64,000 nt of DNA from Daphnia carinata (GCF_022539665.2 NC_081333.1:2728001-2792000); one strand, 5' to 3'. Counted from the stretch's first letter, positions 38,061-50,526 are shown. Made by a program: numbers and translations. Notes: generated by a model from the sequence alone, not told the origin.

Positions 38061-38357
38061 TAGCCTTCTCACTTTTGTGGCGTAAAAAACATTCCCACTA
38101 AAGTGGCGTAAAAAACAAGCCCCAAAAAATAGGCCCGACAAAATAAGCCCGACTTTTTCGTAATTGTTTTTTTTTTAAATAAGAAACCTCAATGTAACTT
38201 TAAAAACAAAAAATCTACACTCCAAATTAAACAAGGGTCACGAATATTGATGGACGGAAATATTCGGTTAAAACCGATTAAATATTATTTTTCGGCATTA
38301 GCACAATATAATCTTTGATTACATAAAGACGTTTTTTTCCTTGCAGAAATGATTTTG

Positions 38358-39826
38358 TTATGGAACTATGCCTTTAACGCGGTTGGGGTATGGATTCTCT
38401 GGGTGTTTGTCCATTCTTTGGTAAAAATAAAACATTTGATTAAGCCATTTAAATATTGTTAATAATGCTTACCCTTTAAAGAAAGTTGAAAAATCAAATG
38501 TACAGCCAGCATCTCCTTGATCTAGTTGGCCAAGCTGTGCCATATCAACCACCGAAAGGGAAAAGTCGAATACCTGACAAAATTCAATAAAAGTTCAGCG
38601 TTGTTATCAAGGTAAATTTAAAAAATGGAATGGATATATCCCAACTATGAAGTAGTACTTGGAAATTGGCATGAATACGCTCTGGATTGACGCTCTTAGG
38701 GATAACGGCAACCCCTAGTTCAATGAGATATCTGAGAAGAACTTGTGTACTCGATTTCTTGTGTTTTTCAGCAATTTTAACTACCACTGGATGAGTGAAC
38801 AGATCAGGGATGGCAACAGGTGGTCTATTAAAACGAAACAGTGTTATTAGGATTGCAAAGTGTTTGGATACATCTATCTCTACATCTAAAAGTTTATTGC
38901 CACTTACTTCAGACCTAGCTTGGAGTAAAAATCATTTCGACCAGGTGAACCCAGTGGTGCGTAGGCACAAATGGTCAGTTCATGTTTTTTGCAAAATTCT
39001 CTGAGCGATTTTTGCTGGAATTGAACATGAAGTTCAACTTGCACATTTGCTGGTTTTATACGAGCATTATTGATGATTCGGCTAATCTGTTCCTCGTTGA
39101 AGTTTGAGATTCCAATTGATTTCACCAAACCAGCATCTACTTGGTTTTCCATCGACTTGGGAACCAAAACATAATTGTATACAAGTGTTATTGTTGTCCA
39201 AATTCGATTGGCTTTCTTAGCGAAACATTATACTGATATGGTCAAGTACCTTCCACAGCTCCACTAAGTTTGTCTTCATGTCTATCATAGCGAATCCTTG
39301 GGCATCATGAGGGAAAACGTCTGTATCGTGTTTTCCTATTAGACCGACTGGGGCATGGATCAGATAGAGGTCGATATAGTCCAGACGGAGTGCGGCTAAA
39401 GACTTCTTTAGGAACTTTTCTACATCCTCCGGGCGATTACCAATCATCGGTAGCTGATGAGCAGAAATGTTTTAATTTAGACATTTTTCCCACTGTGTTG
39501 CCTACGTACACACCTTTGTCACAATGAAGAGCTCTTCACGCTTAACTTTTCCTGCCTCAATCCAACGCTGAAGTACTTCGCCAATAGCGTCTTCATTCAA
39601 GTAGTTGTATGCGGCATCCATGTGACGATAGCCAGCCTCCAACGCTGCATTTATTGCTGTCTCGATTTCTTCTCTGGAGGACTGTTAAGAAAAAAAAAAA
39701 TCATTTAATTTGCTGGAACATTTTGGAATGACTTTACACTGAAGTTCTAACCTGCCAAGTCCCAAGTCCAACAATTGGCATTTTTTCTCCATTCCAAAAG
39801 GTGATGTGTTTTTGGTTAGTCGACAT
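38358..39826 (-). CDS. Aldo-keto reductase (AKR1/aldose-reductase-like), multi-exon
   Basis: NGEKMPIVGLGTWQ, GYRHMDAAYNYLNE (catalytic D and Y), REELFIVTK (K), LDYIDLYLIH (H), VKSIGISNFN, NVQVELH, AYAPLGSP, VIPKSVNPERI, KHPENPY. Confidence 0.93.
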
Positions 39827-41794
39827 TATTGCACACTAGTTTTCCTTGTGATATAATACGTACGCTTGCGTTCGACTTCACCTGCTTTACAGAACTGATA
39901 AGTTATCTCACCATAGCAGCGAGGCTTTATACACATTTTACCTTGCCGAGTCACTCCTGGCATACAAAGATGCGGACCTTACTTGTCGTGTGCGCTTCTT
40001 GCACTTCATAGGGTATGGATGTTCAAGCAGCCGAGTCACCATGACTGGCGTTTTTGGGTTCCGGCGAATCAGCCTGCGGGAAAAAGAGGAAATTGTTTTC
40101 ATCGTGACATCAGACTTCTATGTTGAAACTTTCTTTTTAACAAATACCTCTTTTTGTCACCGCTACGTTCTAAACGTCAGCAAACGCCGTTAGCTTAAGG
40201 GTAAAAAATGAACCACCACCATCAAGCACGCGATGGAGGCAGGTGCCTATGACGTCATGCCATTAATACGGGCGCAGTATGCATTACAAAACGTTACGAT
40301 AGGGAAAAGGGAAAAAGAAGACGTAAAGCCATAAGCCAGAACTGATTTTATCAGACATCTTTTAGCTTCTCGAACCATCTAGAAGATTGTTCTAGACTCC
40401 TCTTTTCTTTGTAACATCCAACTGACTGTCGAGCGTGACTAGCCACTGTCACGTAGAGATTTATAGTGTTTTAATTATAAAAGAAGAGAAACTTAATTGC
40501 TGGTAATAAAACTTCGAATGAAAACAGCTTAGTTCAACATACAGGGGTTGGGGTAGAAAACTATTTAGAAATAATTTTCGAACAAGATGAGGTATACTTA
40601 CAGTTTTGACCTGGATATGCCGTAGTCGAAGGAACATATCAGCGAATGCTGTTCTTTATTCCCACTTGCTTCTGCTGGAGTTGGCCATCAAGCTCCACTC
40701 AGTATGGGCTAAGCCGGAAAAGTAAAATGGAAATTGCGCAATTCCAATTGAAAATGCGCAGTATTATCAATTAAAAGCGGCGTGCCAAGGTCTTCTGGAA
40801 GAAACGGTGATAAAAGCTGTGCTCCGGCAAAGTTCATGGTTCCATCCTACGCGATGTAAATAATAGTGGTCTTATCTTTGATGAAACTGCTGTAAAGCAC
40901 CGATTTCACGGCCGTCTGGGTTTTTCAATCACTACCAAAAGGCATTCCGTGTCATTCCAAAGTCTGACAGCCGCCCCCTCAACATTTGGTATGAAATGGC
41001 TGATGATTGTCGGCTCACATGTGCGACCACTCGAACTTTGTCACAATCACAATGTACATCCACGATGCCAGCTGGTTCTAGAAAACACCCTAAAAACCAA
41101 GAACATTTTCAAATTAATTCACAGTAACCAGAGAAATATTTAATTTATATTAATGAAGTTATTGGCGATGGTAAAGTTAATATTATTAACTAAACGGCAA
41201 TCTCCCAGATTCATTGTTAGGTAATTAAGCGATGATTGTTATTCCTAACTTATTCATTAAGTTATGGCGATTGGAAAAAGAACCCAAATAGAATTTAATA
41301 GATAAGAATTCTTTCTGAGTTTTTTACATCCAGGTCTGGTGCTTGCTCAATTCAGATAGCTACGAGTATTTTTTGCTATGTTTACGTCTGGAAGGCGTCT
41401 ACATCGCTGGGGTCACTGCGTTCGATTTTACGTACATGCTACGAGATATCTACTGGAAATGCATTACGCTCTTAACAATACTGAATTTACAAATGAAAAA
41501 AAAACGCATTTTCTAGTTGTGTTTTTTTTTTCTTCACATAGAAATCCAAAGTTTGCAATTTTTATTAAAATCTTTTGGGGTCACCGGAGGGCCTTCGATT
41601 CATCTAATTTGTCCATCTCAGCAAATAGATAACATTAACGCCCACCCTTGAAGAATGTTTTCGTTAAGATTCATTCTTTACAGATTTTGCTTGTACAGAG
41701 ATTCCTTGCGAAAAGAACAAGACTCGTTTTCATGCAAATATGGCGTTTCTGAAGGCTAAACAGGGAAGCGAGATCATGTTACTTCTGACCGGCG

Positions 41795-41801
41795 TATAAA
41801 A
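41795..41801 (+). promoter_or_regulatory. TATA box of the vitellogenin-like gene
   Basis: TATAAAA ~74 bp upstream of the ATG at 41869. Confidence 0.65.
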
Positions 41802-41868
41802 AGGGATTCAAAAGAGACCCCAATCAATTCGCTGTCGTCAGTGATCCTCTTGGACGCTAAGCAGCATC

Positions 41869-44800
41869 ATGGCACGACTGAGCCTGTTGGGACTCGCACT
41901 TCTTCTCGTCATTGGTCAATGCCGTGCGGAAGGTAAAGTCTAGATTTTGTTTGATTTTTTTAAATCGTATGTTTCATGCTAATACTAAAACAAATTTTCG
42001 TTCTAAAAATCCACTTAGGTTTGTTCGAAGACGGACAAGAATACCAATACAGTTACCTTACCTTCACCACGTCTGGCGTTCGTGAACCGACTCCTTCTGG
42101 CTCCTCCTTTGGCATCCGTGGCAACTTGCTTATCCAGAAACAAGCCGGAGAAGCTATCGTCAAGGTATGAACTGCAAAGAAAAGATTTCGTTTCATAACG
42201 GCATTTTTACATAATTTAAAATTTGCAAATAGCTTTCGGATGTTACTTTGGGTATGCACAATGGACCCGACTCACTTCTCTCGACTGTCAAGTTCTTGAA
42301 GAAGCCCGAGTTGGTTATGTTGGAGAAACCCTTCAAAATTTCGTTCTTGAACGGAAAGGTAAATTGTAGTGAAAACATCATGTGGTATTTCGTGTAAAAA
42401 TGTAATTGCTGCTGTTTTCAGATCACTGGATTCGACGCTGACGCTTCGGATGCCGAATGGTCCATCAACATCAAGAAGGGTTTGGCCACCAAGCTTCAGA
42501 TGGACGTTGCTGCTGGAGAGATTGGCAAGGGAGACAGCGCGTTCTTGCGTACTGTTGAGGTATAAACATTTATTATCAATTTGTAGCTAAAAATTATGTG
42601 AATGATTAACGGGACTTACATTAGGACACCGTTGTGGGCACCTGTAACACCACCTACTCTTTCGGAGGCTCCGAAAAGGGTCGTCTGATGTTGATTAAGC
42701 AGCGTACTCAAAGCGAATGCACCAATGTCCCTCGCATGAGTCACAACAGCTTTGGTGCCACCAACTGTGCCGGAAAGTTGCAAGACGAGCTCGTTGCCAC
42801 CACTCAGCTTTACTACCAGCTCAGCCGCGGAGCTACCCCCAACACTGCCAAGGCTCACATCATCTCTTCCTTCGGCTACCAGGTTCTCCAGTGGTATCCT
42901 CCTGCAGGATCTCCTTTCTACAACTTGGCCAAGTACGAACACTTTGTTTACCTTTGTGCATTTTTAGATGTGATAAGCATCAATTGAATGTTTTTTCTTC
43001 CATTGCAATAGCACCACTTTGGTGCTGAAATCTTCCGGACCCATTGCTAAGCCAATCTCCGCTTCTGGTTTGACCAAGCACTATGGCAGTCTCCGTTACA
43101 CACTAAAGCGCCCGATTCCGACTCCCGAAGATTTGGACTTGGCTCGTGAGGAAGACTTCTTGCATCCCGAGGAGCCTCAATCTCAGCAAGTTCTGCGCGC
43201 TAAGGTAAAATATGCTTGGAATTTAAGACAATGATTTGTACCTTACATTTTGTTGTGTAATCTACAGGCTGTTCCCGTCTTGACTAAGTTGAAGGAAGTC
43301 ATTGGATCAGCTGCTCTTGACGAAGAAACTCTCATGGATCCCACAGCCATGGCCGCCATTCAGCTTTTCCAAGCCATGAGTTTGGAAAGTCTGCAAGCTG
43401 TTTGGAAAAATGTAGCAAATGACGAGGAGCTCAAGTAACATCACGAATGAATTTTAAACGAGATAACCCGGTGTAGCAATTTAGAATTCGCGTTGACGGT
43501 TTGTTTAATTTTTCAGAAACCTGTTCAATGAGATCCTTCCAGCTACTGGTACAAACCCTGCTGCCTTGATGGTCAAGGAATTGATTCTAAGTGGCAAACT
43601 CTCTGATATGGAAGCCCGCCGTATGGTTGCTTTCCTACCCTATTACCTGCGCATGCCCTCTGAGAAATTGTTGACTTCCTGGGAGGATCTGCTGAAGGAG
43701 AGCCCCAGCATCAAGACCAAGTATGAATGAGTTACCTCTCAAATGTTGAGTTTCGCTAAATAATTGTTTTGGATCAGGGAACTGAGGGGAGCCATCGCTT
43801 TGGCTTTCGGTCACCTGATCGGCGTCACTTGCTCCTCCAACAAATTGCGCCCTTGCAAGACCGACACCATCAACAAGTACACTCGTATGGCCTATGAAGC
43901 CTTCAAGTCCGCCAAGACCCACCCCGAGATGATCGTTACCCTGAGCACGCTGCGCAACACCAATTTGATTCCCGCCATTGAGCGTCTTATCCCGCACGTC
44001 AAGAGCGGCTCCGTTCCTCACGCCGTCCGCCCACACGTCATTTTCGCTCTACAGCCAATTGCTGCCGTCAACCGCAACAAATTCTTGTCTGCTGTCCTCC
44101 CTCTGATCCTTAATGCCACCGAAACCACCGAAATCCGTATTGCCGCCATCTCCACTCTATTCCGTGTCCAACCCACTTTCTTGGAGCTGCAGCAGTTGAT
44201 CGCAGGTGCCATTTGGGAACGCAATCAAGAAGTGCTCAACTTCATGATGACCACCTTCCGCGTAAGAAGATTACTCATTTCTAATCTGAATAAGTTGATT
44301 ACTAACCGTGTTATTCAATTGTAGAACTACGCCGACTCCAAGAACCCCTGCGTCAAGCCCATCGCCCAGCAGCTCCAGTTGTTGTTGCGCCGCGTCGCTC
44401 ACATCAAGACCAACTTCTTCCGTTCCAGCAACCGCGTTTTCGACTTCCAGGACCAGAAATATGGTTTCGGTGGTGGACTCCAGCTCGTCACTGTTTACGG
44501 TGAAGAATCCCGCGCTCCTCTCATCATCTCCGGACGTGCCAACTACCGCATCTCTGAATACGGCTATGTTCCTCTTGAAATTATGATACGATTGGAAGGT
44601 AATATTCAATTCTTTTCGAAAAATGAACTAAAAAAGAAAAATAAGAAACACAAATTAAATTTGTTCCAGGTGTTGAGGATGCCTACGTGCGTCTCTTCCG
44701 CAGACTGGACCCCAAGGACTTCAAGCTCGATACCCTGAAGGATCTTTTGCAGAAGACCATGAAGATCGTCCCCCGCCAGCAGGCTCCCATGAAGATGGAA

Positions 44801-47347
44801 GTCTTGTTGCGTTCTCAAGGATACACTTTGATGTACCGTCACATGGGAATGGAAGAAATCGCTGGTCTGATGGAAGGCAAGGGATTGGTCGAAATGATTT
44901 CTCGTGGCTTGAAACTGACTCGCAATATGGTTATGTTGGGCGGCCAGCACGTCAGCTGGAGGGCTAACGATCTCGGTCTCCCCGTCGGTGTCGGTCTCAG
45001 CACTCCTGGCTTCGCTCGCCACCAATTGGCTTACGGCAACGTCAACCAGCCCAACAAGCTCGGCCGCTCCATCCAGGCTGATTTGGACGTCACCATGCAG
45101 GTTGCCACCTACTTGGTCGCCTACAACCCCCTCGGCGTTTCTCAGGGAATCGTCAAGATCCGCGGATCCCGCATCCACCTGCCCGCCAACCTTTTGATTG
45201 GTTTCTCCCCCGCTGACAGCCAGGTCGAAATCAAGATCAACACCTCCACCGAAGAGAAGCCCTTGTCGTACTTGTTCGGCAGCAAAACTTTTGCTTTCAT
45301 GTGGGGCAAAGATGACTCCAAAGCTCTTTCTTACCTTAAGGATACCTGCTCAGAATGCGAATCTAAAGCTTTGGTAACTCGTGGCGAACAATTCCGCAAA
45401 GGTATTTTCATCATAATATAACATATATATATAATATTCGAAGAAATAACATGCTTTCGTTGCTAGGTCAAGTTATTCGCGAAAACATCAACGAACTTTT
45501 GGGTATGGAATCTCACATCGAAGTTTACAACTGCGAGACCTACACCGGCAAGGCCTCCATCGCCAAGGTGATGTTCGAGTCTTTCAAGCCTTCCGAGATC
45601 AACTCGCACGGCAGCGTTGCCGGTTTCGCCGTTATGGGCTTGATGCAGATGCGCAACTACTTCTACCACTATCCTCCCACTGGCACCTGCTCCATGAAGG
45701 CCGTCCTCCACAGGACTCAAGTTAAACCGGCTGAAGCTATCGAGATTAAGCTCAAGATGGATTCCGCTGTACCAGCTGGCAAAAAGGCCGCTCCTGGCAG
45801 AAGTTTCAGCAATGTTAAGGGAGCCATCACTTTGTTGGGCACCCCTGAGCGCAAATGGAATGTCGAAGTCAATGTCGAGAGGGAGCCTTTCAATGTCAAA
45901 TCCCAGGTCGCCGTGAAGATTGCCCGTCTGGCGAACCGCGAACTAAACGTTCCCAACCGTGCTCTCTGCGTCAACGTCAAAACCGCTTGGGCCGCTTTGC
46001 CCGACGACGTTTTTGAAACTCCATCATCCATCGAGCCTTCCGTTCAGCGTGAAGTCTCCTTCGTCTGGGGTGAGGCTCCCGCTGACCAGTGCCCTAAAGC
46101 TAATGCCAAGGACATCTCCACGATTTTGATCAAGGTTCAGGGTAACATTACCGAAGCTCAACGAGAAGCCGCCACCAGCCGCAACACCTATCCCTACGAT
46201 CGCTGCGATTTGGACCGGAACGATGCCGGCCGTTCTGGAATCGTTGGTCCGATGACCCAGGTAATGATCACGTTTTGGTCGATATCTTGTTCTTTAACCT
46301 GGCAAAACGCAATTTGAGCTCTTAGGCGATGGATTGTAATTATTTTTATTTTTCCAGGCTTGTTACGAGGCTGTTCTGCACTACGCTACTCCTCGCAGCT
46401 ACGTTTTGGACATCAATTACGCCAACATGTCTCCCCGTGGTCAGATGGCTCTTCTGCGTATCGACACCATGCTAAAGGCCACCTTGTTGCCCTACTGGAG
46501 CATGCATGCCCCTCATGGTCCTACTGCCACAGCAAAGAAAGTCGCCGGTGCCGGCCACATTGAATTGAAAATGGATGTTAACGAAGATGACGTTGACTTG
46601 CATGTCCACACTGACCTGATGCACAGTCATTATGAGAATGTTGATGTCCTCAAGAATTTGGGAATGGCTTTGCGTAACGCCCGTCTGCCTATGTCTCAAA
46701 TGTTCGCCATCAAGGCCGGTTGGGTCGGCGTTTGCGACGTTGCCCCCAAGGCTGTTGTCACCTTCGATAACGTCACCATGGACTACGATCTTCCCGCTTG
46801 CTACACTCTCATCTCGGCTGACTGCTCTCCTACTCCCCGCTACGCCGTTTTCGCCAAGAAAACTACTGGTTCATCTCTTCCGCTGGCTGTCAAGATCTAC
46901 GCTGGTGGTCACACACTCGAACTGACTCCCGTCTCCAGTGGCGTGGAAGTTAGGGCTAACGAAAAGGTGGTCAAGGTCGACACTAACAAGCCGTACATCT
47001 TGAGCGACAAGGACAACGTTATTCAGTATATCGTCGTTGGCAAGATTGGCGCCCGTTACTTTGTCCAGGTTCCAGTTCTGAAGCTGACCTTCCGTTATAC
47101 TGGTGATGACATCACCAGCATGATCCCCGCTACCCATCGCTCTCAACATTGCGGACTGTGCGGCGATTACAACGGCCAATTTTCTCGCGAATTAGTCAGC
47201 CCATCCGGTTGCAATGTGAAGGATGCCACCGATTTGGCCAGGTCTTACGTCTTGAGAGACAACAAATGCAAGGAGAACATCCCAACCCCTCCTTGTGTCG
47301 CTGAGCCCATCAACGTGGGTGAACGATACCAGAGCAGCCGCTTATAG
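41869..47347 (+). CDS. Vitellogenin-like large lipid transfer protein (Vitellogenin_N, DUF1943-like region, C-terminal VWD), roughly 1500 aa
   Basis: Signal peptide MARLSLLGLALLLVIGQCRA; FEDGQEYQYSY; WSINIKKGLA; EDTVVGTCNTTY; ETTEIRIAA...ERNQEV helical domain; VWD with VVTFDN and CGLCGDYNG. Short in-phase introns; stop at 47347. Confidence 0.88.
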
Positions 47348-48007
47348 TCCAACACTTATTTGTTTTTCTTTTAATTTTGCATATCCAAATACACGAAATA
47401 ACAACCACTTTTCCTGAATTATCGATAAGAATTCTAAAGCCAATGTTTGAAAAGATGAAAAAATTGGCTATCGGACTACCCTGTCTGATTGGATGAAATG
47501 GCCTAAACAGCAACCAACGAGAAAACGTGATTCTGATCAAAACAAAAAACTCCCGACTTTAAAATAGCGCATTTCATCAGCCCTGACGTCATGTCACATG
47601 GGAGGCTGCATAATAAGGGCAGGTATTCGCAATGATGACTCGCACATTTTTTAAAAGTTACCTGCCTTTTTTTAGCACGAGCTAATACGCGTACAACTTG
47701 AATTCCCAATATTCTATGCTATTTGCTAGTAATAAATAAGGGAAGTCTTACCGGTGCAGCAATACAGCTACACACTTGCGTGTCGCTTCACTGCTTAGTT
47801 AATTGCATACATGAGATATGCTAGGCCATGGACGTCTATGGAGAAAAATATTAAAACGTTCAATGAGTCTATGGTTATCTAAAGAAAAACAAGTTGTGAT
47901 ATACTTCGGCTGCAATTAACGGCTTGACTGGAAAATGAACAGCAATATCTTTCCCTTTAAATGGAATCCTAGGTTTCAATGATTGCATGTCCGTGCTTCG
48001 TTTTAGT

Positions 48008-49485
48008 CTAGAGAAAAATATTTAATCAGGATAAATCATATTGTAAAATTTAAGAAATAGTATGTGTTATGACCGCTAGAATTCAAAATGAGGTTCTTTG
48101 CAAATGCTTTAACCTTAGCACTTTATCTACCTTTTTGAAATTTATGTCCGTAGAACCGGTCCCTTCCCGTTGCTCTTGTTCAGTGGAACGCAAGGGTTTG
48201 CGTACACAACCTACACATACGTAGAACATAAATTGCGCATTAAAGTTAACCATTACCTTTTTGTAATAAAGTTTCTAATGAGAATGCTTCCCCAAAGAAT
48301 ATATTGGTACACCTTATTCACCTGACAATTCAAATCTGCTTGCTTTGAGGATGCATGATCAATCTGTAAGCACAAATTTAAAAAACATTTTATTGTCACT
48401 ACTACTTTTCAGCCAAAATGCCTTGGAATGCAATCAGAACCTCTTTTGCAAGTTTTTAAATATCCAGTATTTTTCCCACAGGGCAATGAACTTGTTGTTA
48501 ACTAGAAGACCCAACTCATACATCCATACTTGCATGAAACAAATCTCAGGTTATGGAACATTTCAACCAATTTTTTATGATCTGGATTTTAGAAAGACGA
48601 GAAATTAGGTTATCTCTTGAAGAAATATAAGTAAAAACAAAACATACTTGTACGGTAAACCCAGTTTTGTTGAAGACCTTGCAAGAGTGCAAAACAATCA
48701 TGTGAAGCTAAGGGAAATTTCCCTTAGCCAAGATAAAGAAATAATAAATTTCCATCCACATTAATGTGGATGCAAGATGGAAGTGTAGATTGTCCTATAG
48801 AACACAGGTGAACCTGTGGGAATCAATGAGAACATTTACGATTATGGAAACACTGGGAAAACCATGAATGTAAATAATGTGTCCTTACTTTTTTATGAAG
48901 TTGTGTTTCCATATTTTGTTTTAAGGTTCTCACATTGTTTGCTGGCATTTGATGTTAATTCTGCATTTTATAAATCTCTTCATCCAATTACTAAAAAATG
49001 AACAGCAGCAGCACATTCATTCATGGATGCACCTGCAATTAAATAAGGCAAGAAAAGAAATTTTTTTCAGTACAAAGAGTAGACTTTTATCACTGCAAGT
49101 GGATTGATTAATACCCAAATTTAAAAAAAAATAGAAGGAGGAGTATAATCAAACATCTAGGCATAACGTCATAAACTCATAACAGAGTAAGATGGCTGCC
49201 AGATGATGACAAAAGGATTTTTAATGGGGTCACAATGGTTGTTCAATTCTAGTATGGATAGCGCCAAATAAATAGCCCAACAATTCTGCCTTAGATTACA
49301 TTTGACGAGAACAAATTTTCTTTTAAAAATTAAATATGGACGAGTACCGAATCGCACGGAACTCCAAATGTTACGCTTTTCGAGTTAAACAAAGATGTAC
49401 GTACTTGTTCGTCCAGTCGAAGTTTCCTGGCCGTGAACTAATGACGAGGTGCAGCAAGCTGAACCGGGTAGCTGTAGGTAAAAAG
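48008..49485 (-). ncRNA. Candidate spliced non-coding transcript with a TCT/5'TOP start and hairpin-rich interior
   Basis: Minus-strand CTCTTTTT (TCT motif) at 49487-49480; donor AA|GTACGT at ~49404; acceptors ttgcag (~49033), cacag (~48814), gtcag (~48322), ctctag (~48008). No credible ORF. The transcript is inferred. Confidence 0.35.
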
Positions 49486-49640
49486 AGCTGAGTTGCAAGC
49501 ATTTCTCAAAACCTAACCTAACAGTAAGCTGGATCTCACTTCCAGCAGCTGGTCATTTAACGTAACTTCACTGCTATTTTGAGCTCATTAAAAGATGTTC
49601 GACCATAAGCTTGCCACCAGGAAAAGTTGGATTACGTATG
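49397..49640 (+). ncRNA. Candidate telomerase RNA template/pseudoknot core
   Basis: AACCTAACCTAAC (49510-49522; complement of TTAGG repeats) enclosed by nested complementary segments; see findings. Confidence 0.3.
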
Positions 49641-50526
49641 GCTGCCATCGTGGTGCTGACTGCCATAGAGATGTTTGCAATTTTACGTCAACTGAGGTAC
49701 TGTACCATACTGAAACATGAATTAAGGATCACGTATATGACCATCTTTCTTGAATGTGACCAACTGCTTTTAAAGGAAGGAAAAGGTGTTGTACAGCTAC
49801 AGGTAATAAGCTAACCACTACCACTACCAGGAAGTAGGCTTAAGCTTAGTCTCATTGAAGCGATTAGCTGGAAACGAAGTTTAGGATTAAACCTGCTATC
49901 CGATACTTAGCTGTAACTGCAAGGTTTTTAAAAATCCTATTCCGTAATATCCAGCGTTCTGGTTTCAAAATTAATTTTGTATCTCCTAGAAAAGATGCCA
50001 ATACTGCGATAGGCATGAAAAATGTATTCTGCATCCACAATGTTCGCCGGACAGTGTTGCACTTCCGTTATCTAAATGTAAAAACATTTTTCGTTTTCAT
50101 TTCACGTGTCCAGTTTATCTGCTTTGCCTCAAGAATCTTTGGACAAAAGAACTTATTTGCTCAAATAAAAAAAAAACTTGAAGTTTATGTTAAGCATATG
50201 GTTAAGTTTGACCTTAATTTTTCCATACGACAACATTGTATGGCCGTCTTGCTGTTCTAAATGACGCTACTCGGACATCTGTACCAACTTTTTGTTTTTA
50301 TAATGCTTTTCCATTGCCGGTGCCATGTTCTGAACGCCAATCTATTCACTTCAATCAATTTATTTTTAAAAAAAGTGTTAACGCTACTTTTGAAAATGGG
50401 AAGATGCTTGAGAAACTAAATGAATGGCAACATGAATGAAGTTCCACCACGGACGTTGTTAAGCAAACTTGAAAAAATGAAGAAAAAAATCATTGAATTT
50501 AATATACGTCGGATCCGGATATCAAA

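Larger units (their letters stand above)
31793..38160. mobile_element. Composite, decayed DNA-transposon block bounded by AAGCCCGAC motif clusters (possibly Mutator-like)
   Basis: TAAGCCCGAC..GTCGGGCTTA hairpins at 31793-31820 and 37487-37514, with further (A/G)GCCCGAC copies at ~32081-32107 and ~38131-38153. Inverted subterminal similarity (tatggcaattcgttttaccc ~32130 vs gtgtaaaacggattgccata ~37151-37170). Interrupted exon-like fragments inside. Confidence 0.55.

Noticed and set aside
43635..47179. Several minus-strand ORFs of up to 190 aa
   Set aside because: Antisense shadows of the codon-biased vitellogenin-like exons.
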